Assembly: GCA_964543385.1 (NCBI GenBank)
Contig: CAZIYE010000001.1
Location: forward strand, 360,001-392,000
DNA: 32,000 nucleotides
Direction: 5' to 3'
DNA from: an uncultured Candidatus Saccharibacteria bacterium
Lineage (GTDB): Bacteria; Patescibacteriota; UBA1384; XYA2-FULL-43-10; 1-14-0-10-43-13
The position numbers were made by a program, and so were the translations under genes. Under the pieces are notes generated by a model. That model saw only the letters and a list, made by a program, of their open reading frames with translations. It did no database searches and had not been told where the DNA came from. This document shows, in pieces, positions 27,995-32,000 of the stretch (position 1 is its first letter; every line of letters starts with the position of its first letter).

Positions 27995-28399
27995 TTAGAC
28001 TTCTTTTATCCTATCCCAATCGGCATAGAACTTTTTGATCTCCAGATCAGGAAAATGATTCTCAACTATCTTTGCTGCCTGAATCAATTTATCAATATGA
28101 AATTCTTTCTCATCGTTATTGTGAAATCGCTCACTACCACCATAAGCACCACAATCAACATGGTCGATAAGCCACACTTCTTTGATTCCATGAAGCCTGA
28201 CCGAAGTTTCGACTACCTTGAAAAATGAATCCCGATCCTCCTCATTGGCGAGAATCGCTTTGCTTGATCCTACACCAGTTCTAAAATCGAATACTCCACC
28301 GGTTTGCCTAGTCAACCAGTCAACTGTTTTTTTGATAAATCTACCATCAATACACGCACAGGCCAGGACATCCCACTTCTCGATTCTTTGTATATGCAT
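27995..28399 (-). CDS. Beta-carbonic-anhydrase-like protein
   Basis: 134 aa; CACIDGR and LIDHVDCGAYGG supply the expected Cys-Asp-Arg and His-x(n)-Cys active-site residues. Confidence 0.65.
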   Translation of the reverse strand: MHIQRIEKWDVLACACIDGRFIKKTVDWLTRQTGGVFDFRTGVGSSKAILANEEDRDSFFKVVETSVRLHGIKEVWLIDHVDCGAYGGSERFHNNDEKEFHIDKLIQAAKIVENHFPDLEIKKFYADWDRIKEV

Positions 28400-28502
28400 A
28401 GTTTTTTAGAATAAATTATCAATTGATAATAATTCTACCACAAAGCCCATTTTGTTCAACAATAATATAGACTAAGCCAACATTTTTAGTAAACCAGAAA
28501 AA

Positions 28503-28991
28503 TTAATATTTGATTAGATTTCTCTGGTTTCCTGCCGAACACATCCTGTGTCGGCCGGAGATTTTCCCCAGACTCGTTGTCCGAAAGTCTGGTTTGGTTT
28601 TCTTGTCCATTGTCGTCGGATAGACCGTATATATCCAATAATAGGTTTTTCCGACTTTTCGAATTTCACTACCAGTAACTCGGCAGGCATTCGCTCCCCA
28701 GTAGTCGACAAGGAGTTGCGAATACTCCACGATCAACTGAGCTTGAGTATGATCATCGTTATCAGGGATAAGGACATCCGCTCCATACTGGAGAGCGATA
28801 ATCTTAGCCTTAGGCAAACGAATGATGCCACCGGCCAAGCGACTGACCGCCTCCTCACGAGACATAACTGCCAGGCTGACCTGACGGTCTGCTTTCTTGT
28901 GGAGGGAAACACGATGCCAGATAAACAAGCTGGCAAGCAATGTGAACCACACAAGACAGAGGATGAGAGACCATTTGAAACTCAATTTCAC
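28503..28991 (-). CDS. Orphan secreted or membrane-anchored protein
   Basis: GTG start at 28991 after a GAAAGGGG Shine-Dalgarno; N-terminal hydrophobic segment SFKWSLILCLVWFTLLASLFIW; higher GC than flanks. Confidence 0.5.
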   Translation of the reverse strand: MKLSFKWSLILCLVWFTLLASLFIWHRVSLHKKADRQVSLAVMSREEAVSRLAGGIIRLPKAKIIALQYGADVLIPDNDDHTQAQLIVEYSQLLVDYWGANACRVTGSEIRKVGKTYYWIYTVYPTTMDKKTKPDFRTTSLGKISGRHRMCSAGNQRNLIKY

Positions 28992-29100
28992 GGTGAGTAC
29001 CCCTTTCAAAGTGCATTCCTCGGAGGAACGTTATTGTTTTTTACCAGAAAAATGACTGATTTTCAATCAGATCAACACAAAGTAAGACAAAAATAGAAAT

Positions 29101-29129
29101 TTGAAATTAAACAAAATATTATTTATAAT
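29101..29129 (+). promoter_or_regulatory. Near-consensus sigma70-type promoter
   Basis: TTGAAA (29101-29106), 17-nt spacer, TATAAT (29124-29129). Confidence 0.75.
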
Positions 29130-29133
29130 CTTT

Positions 29134-29286
29134 AGCAAGCTGAGCAGTCCGCCAATAAACCATGACTAGAAAAGCACTCCTATATCTTGCGAAAGCAAGT
29201 GCGGACTGAGGTTCATTTAAATGTGGTTTTTAAGCCGATGCTTGCGTACCGTGCGGTATCCTCTTCTGGATTGCCGCACCGTTTTT
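29134..29286 (+). ncRNA. Candidate structured small RNA gene of no recognised family
   Basis: Expected start just before GCAAGC (29135-29140), which pairs with GCTTGC (29240-29245). Helix CAGTCCGC/GCGGACTG (29145-29152/29201-29208), hairpin CTTGC-GAAA-GCAAG (29186-29199), pseudoknot AAACCA/TGGTTT (29157-29162/29224-29229), terminator GTGCGG...CCGCAC + T5 (29251-29286). Confidence 0.65.
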
Positions 29287-29414
29287 GTTATATGGCAAAA
29301 ATGTGAATCCGCTATTACCATATTTATATTTTACCGTCAATGATATATATACTTGACGCTCCAATTTGTGTAATGTTAATTTATTGTCAAGGTAATAAAG
29401 CCCTACTTATTTTT

Positions 29415-29645
29415 ATGAAAAAAACCTTACTCTTTTCCTTTTCGCTGATTGGTCAGATCGGCTTCTCAGTAGCAATCCCCTTACTAGTATTGGGACTTTT
29501 GGGTCGCTATCTGGATAAGATAGCTAGCACATCTCCCTATCTCTTTCTGCTAGGGCTAGCCTTGGCTACTGTATTTATTTATTTTTATTTAAGACAGCTA
29601 GTCAAAAAATCGATAAAAGAGTTCGATAAATTAAACAAAGAGTAG
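29415..29645 (+). CDS. atpI: AtpI/AtpZ-like ATP synthase accessory membrane protein
   Basis: Start refined to MKKTLLFSFSLIGQIGFSVAIPLLVLGLLGRYLDK; two TM segments directly upstream of atpB. Confidence 0.7.
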   Translation: MKKTLLFSFSLIGQIGFSVAIPLLVLGLLGRYLDKIASTSPYLFLLGLALATVFIYFYLRQLVKKSIKEFDKLNKE

Positions 29646-30398
29646 ATGGAAATTTCCCTTGCCGCAGAAAAAATAGCTCACATAGGAGAAATGCCAATCA
29701 CCAATTCAATGGTGACTAGTTGGATTGGCTCAATTATTTTAATTGTTTTCGCGCTCGTAGCTACCAGAAAGATGAAAATGGTTCCAACTGGTGTACAAAA
29801 TGTTTTCGAGTTTGCTATTGAATCACTCTACAATATGGCAAACAGCGTTATCGATAATGAAAAAGCCACCAGAAAATACTTTCCCCTGGTAGCAACAATA
29901 TTTCTTTTTATCATTTGTAATAATTGGCTTGGCCTGCTTCCTGGCGTCGGCACTATAGGAATACATGAAGTGATACATGGCAAAGAAGTCCTAGTGCCGC
30001 TTTTCCGCTCAGGCAACGCTGATCTAAATATGACGCTGGCTTTGGCTATCATTACCGTACTGGCTATTCAAATTTTCGGCATTGCAGCTATTGGTGTATT
30101 CAAATACGGCAAAAAATTCATTAATTTCTCAAATCCAATTAACTTTGTTGTCGGTATTCTAGAATTAATTGGTGAAGTTTCTAGAATTATCTCTTTCTCC
30201 TTTCGTCTTTTCGGCAACGTATTCGCTGGTGAGGTTTTATTAACTGTTATCGCATTCATCGTACCTTTTATTGCCCCACTACCTTTTTACGGCCTAGAGA
30301 TTTTTGTCGGCTTCATCCAGGCTCTTGTTTTCACAATGCTTACTTTAGTATTCATCAAATCAGCTATTACTGATCATGAAGCAGAACATGCACATTAG
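29646..30398 (+). CDS. atpB: F0F1 ATP synthase subunit a
   Basis: 250 aa; SFRLFGNVFAGEVLL and FIQALVFTMLTLVFI. Confidence 0.95.
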   Translation: MEISLAAEKIAHIGEMPITNSMVTSWIGSIILIVFALVATRKMKMVPTGVQNVFEFAIESLYNMANSVIDNEKATRKYFPLVATIFLFIICNNWLGLLPGVGTIGIHEVIHGKEVLVPLFRSGNADLNMTLALAIITVLAIQIFGIAAIGVFKYGKKFINFSNPINFVVGILELIGEVSRIISFSFRLFGNVFAGEVLLTVIAFIVPFIAPLPFYGLEIFVGFIQALVFTMLTLVFIKSAITDHEAEHAH

Positions 30399-30413
30399 AA
30401 ATTAATAATATAA

Positions 30414-30665
<252 letters not shown>

Positions 30666-30745
30666 TAGAACGTAGATTGGTAGAATGTAGACTGGTTTTA
30701 GCCTTTCTACCTTCTACTTTCCACTTTCTACATTAAGGAGAAACA

Positions 30746-31228
30746 ATGGAATCACTTGGAATAGATTTAAAACTTTTAATCGCACAGGCTATAAACTTTA
30801 TTATCGTCATGCTTTTACTTTGGAAATTTGCTTACACACCTATTCTAAAAATGTTAAATGATCGCAAAGACAAGATTGCCAAAGGATTGGATGATGCTTC
30901 TGCCGCAGCTAAGAGTCTTCAGAAGGCAAAAGGCGAAAGTGATAAGATCCAAGAGAAAGCTTTCTCTGATGCAAATGAAATAATAAAAAACGCCAAAGAG
31001 GCAGCAAATGCCGAGGCCCTGCTTATATTGGACAAAGCGAATAGCCAGGCAGATAGAATTATAAAATCAGCAAAAGAAGAAGCTTCTTCACTGAAAGACA
31101 AGACAATGGCTAGCGCCAAGAAGGAAATTTCCGACGTTGTTATCATGGCTTTAGACAAAATTGTAAATGATGAATTAACAAAAGAGCAAAAGGTAAAATT
31201 AACCAGCAAAGCAATTGCCGAATTATAA
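30746..31228 (+). CDS. atpF: F0F1 ATP synthase subunit b
   Basis: 160 aa; N-terminal TM followed by a long Ala/Lys/Glu helix. Confidence 0.92.
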   Translation: MESLGIDLKLLIAQAINFIIVMLLLWKFAYTPILKMLNDRKDKIAKGLDDASAAAKSLQKAKGESDKIQEKAFSDANEIIKNAKEAANAEALLILDKANSQADRIIKSAKEEASSLKDKTMASAKKEISDVVIMALDKIVNDELTKEQKVKLTSKAIAEL

Positions 31229-31281
31229 TGATCATTAATTGTTTATTTGTATATTAGTCTAATTAGTAATCTGTTATTCCC

Positions 31282-31677
31282 ATGAAGATAAAGCCTCAAC
31301 AATATGCTCAAATGCTCATTGAGAGCGTCACTGAAAAGTCCGATCTAAAAAAGATTGCTGCTTCCCTGTGGCATTCCCTCCAGAAAAACAAGCAATACCG
31401 AGACCTACCAAAAATATTGGAGTTAATCGATGAGGAATTCGCTAAGAAAAATAAGCTTACTCTAGCAAAAGTTTATTCTGAGGATAGATTGAGTGAAACC
31501 GAAATCGAAAATATCCGAAAAAAACTAGAGTTAGAAAATTCCAATATTCAATATTCAATATTCAATATTCAAAAAAAGAATCTGGTTGGCGGGATCACAG
31601 TCAAAATTGAAGATAAAATCATAGACTTGAGTGTTACAGATAGAATTAACAAATTAAAACAACAATTGAACAACTAA
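31282..31677 (+). CDS. atpH: F0F1 ATP synthase subunit delta (short form)
   Basis: 131 aa; C-terminal LVGGITVKIEDKIIDLSVTDRINKLKQQL is the conserved delta/OSCP signature. Confidence 0.85.
   Translation: MKIKPQQYAQMLIESVTEKSDLKKIAASLWHSLQKNKQYRDLPKILELIDEEFAKKNKLTLAKVYSEDRLSETEIENIRKKLELENSNIQYSIFNIQKKNLVGGITVKIEDKIIDLSVTDRINKLKQQLNN
31543..31570 (+). repeat. Tandem heptanucleotide repeat (AATATTC) x4 inside atpH
   Basis: Four exact copies: 31543-31549, 31550-31556, 31557-31563, 31564-31570. Confidence 0.95.
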
Positions 31678-31695
31678 TAATATCTTTGGAATAAC

Positions 31696-32000
31696 ATGAG
31701 TACAAACATCATCGAGGAATTGAAAAAAGAAATTTTGGATTTTGATGCCAAAGCGAAAAGTGATACTTTTGGGGAAATAGCCGAGATTGGCGACGGTATT
31801 GCTAAAATTTATGGACTCAAGGAGGCAAAATCAGGAGAACTTCTCAATATCGAAACAAAAGATGGCATAGTCACCGCTATGGCCTTGAATCTTGAGGAAG
31901 CATCTATCGGTGCTATCGTCTTGGGTAATTATAAAAATATAATGGCCGGAGACAAAGTAAAGTGCACAGGTGAAATTGCTAAAGTTGATGTTTCAGAGGA
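31696..32000 (+). CDS. atpA: F0F1 ATP synthase subunit alpha, N-terminal part (runs off the window)
   Basis: MSTNIIEELKKEILDFDAKAKSDTFGEIAEIGDGIAKIYGLKEAKSGELL; follows atpH. Confidence 0.92.
   Translation, partial: MSTNIIEELKKEILDFDAKAKSDTFGEIAEIGDGIAKIYGLKEAKSGELLNIETKDGIVTAMALNLEEASIGAIVLGNYKNIMAGDKVKCTGEIAKVDVSE

Noticed and set aside
29145-29229. HDV-like ribozyme: the order P1-5', P2-5', P3 hairpin, P1-3', P4, P2-3' superficially matches helices B, D and C.
   Set aside because: The expected catalytic C in J4/2 is missing, the P2-P3 linker is too long (about 23 nt), P4 would be only 3 bp, and an extra helix A encloses the whole fold.
29134-29286. SRP/4.5S, 6S, tmRNA, RNase P or T-box identity for the 29.1 kb RNA.
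   Set aside because: No GGAAGCAGCC-type SRP domain IV, no tRNA-like ends, no GAGGAAAGUCC or AGGGUGG core, and the length and pseudoknot do not fit 6S.

Overview
This 32 kb window looks like a chromosomal segment from a low-GC Patescibacteria (CPR)-like bacterium. That lineage call rests on gene content only. Minus-strand operon, about 0-9.1 kb: mreB-mreC-mreD-mrdA, mltG, ruvX, a membrane-anchored baseplate-J-like protein and an FtsA/PilM-like actin-fold protein. Next is a compositionally foreign, higher-GC block with pyrF, pyrE and cdsA. Then come alaS (truncated C-terminus), a lytic transglycosylase, corA, an FtsX/MacB-type permease with its ATPase, a zinc-ribbon-like orphan, a glycine-rich RRM protein, a GT4 glycosyltransferase, a DHH phosphoesterase, an MBL-fold protein, rpsA, a family-5 solute-binding protein, secG, seven tRNA genes, comM, a minimal beta-carbonic-anhydrase-like protein, and the start of an F0F1 ATP synthase operon (atpI-B-E-F-H-A). 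No CRISPR array, transposase or obvious defence system was found. The strongest undescribed candidate is a roughly 150-nt intergenic RNA gene at 29134-29286 (+). It has a near-consensus promoter (TTGAAA-N17-TATAAT), an end-closing helix, an internal pseudoknot and a terminator, and matches no RNA family I recognise. Secondary leads: a three-hairpin leader upstream of rpsA, a 15-bp UUCG-capped hairpin whose G-U pairs are specific to the + strand, a secG start 7 nt after a tRNA-Gly CCA end, and a 7-bp tandem repeat inside atpH. All calls come from reading the sequence. No database searches or folding programs were run.
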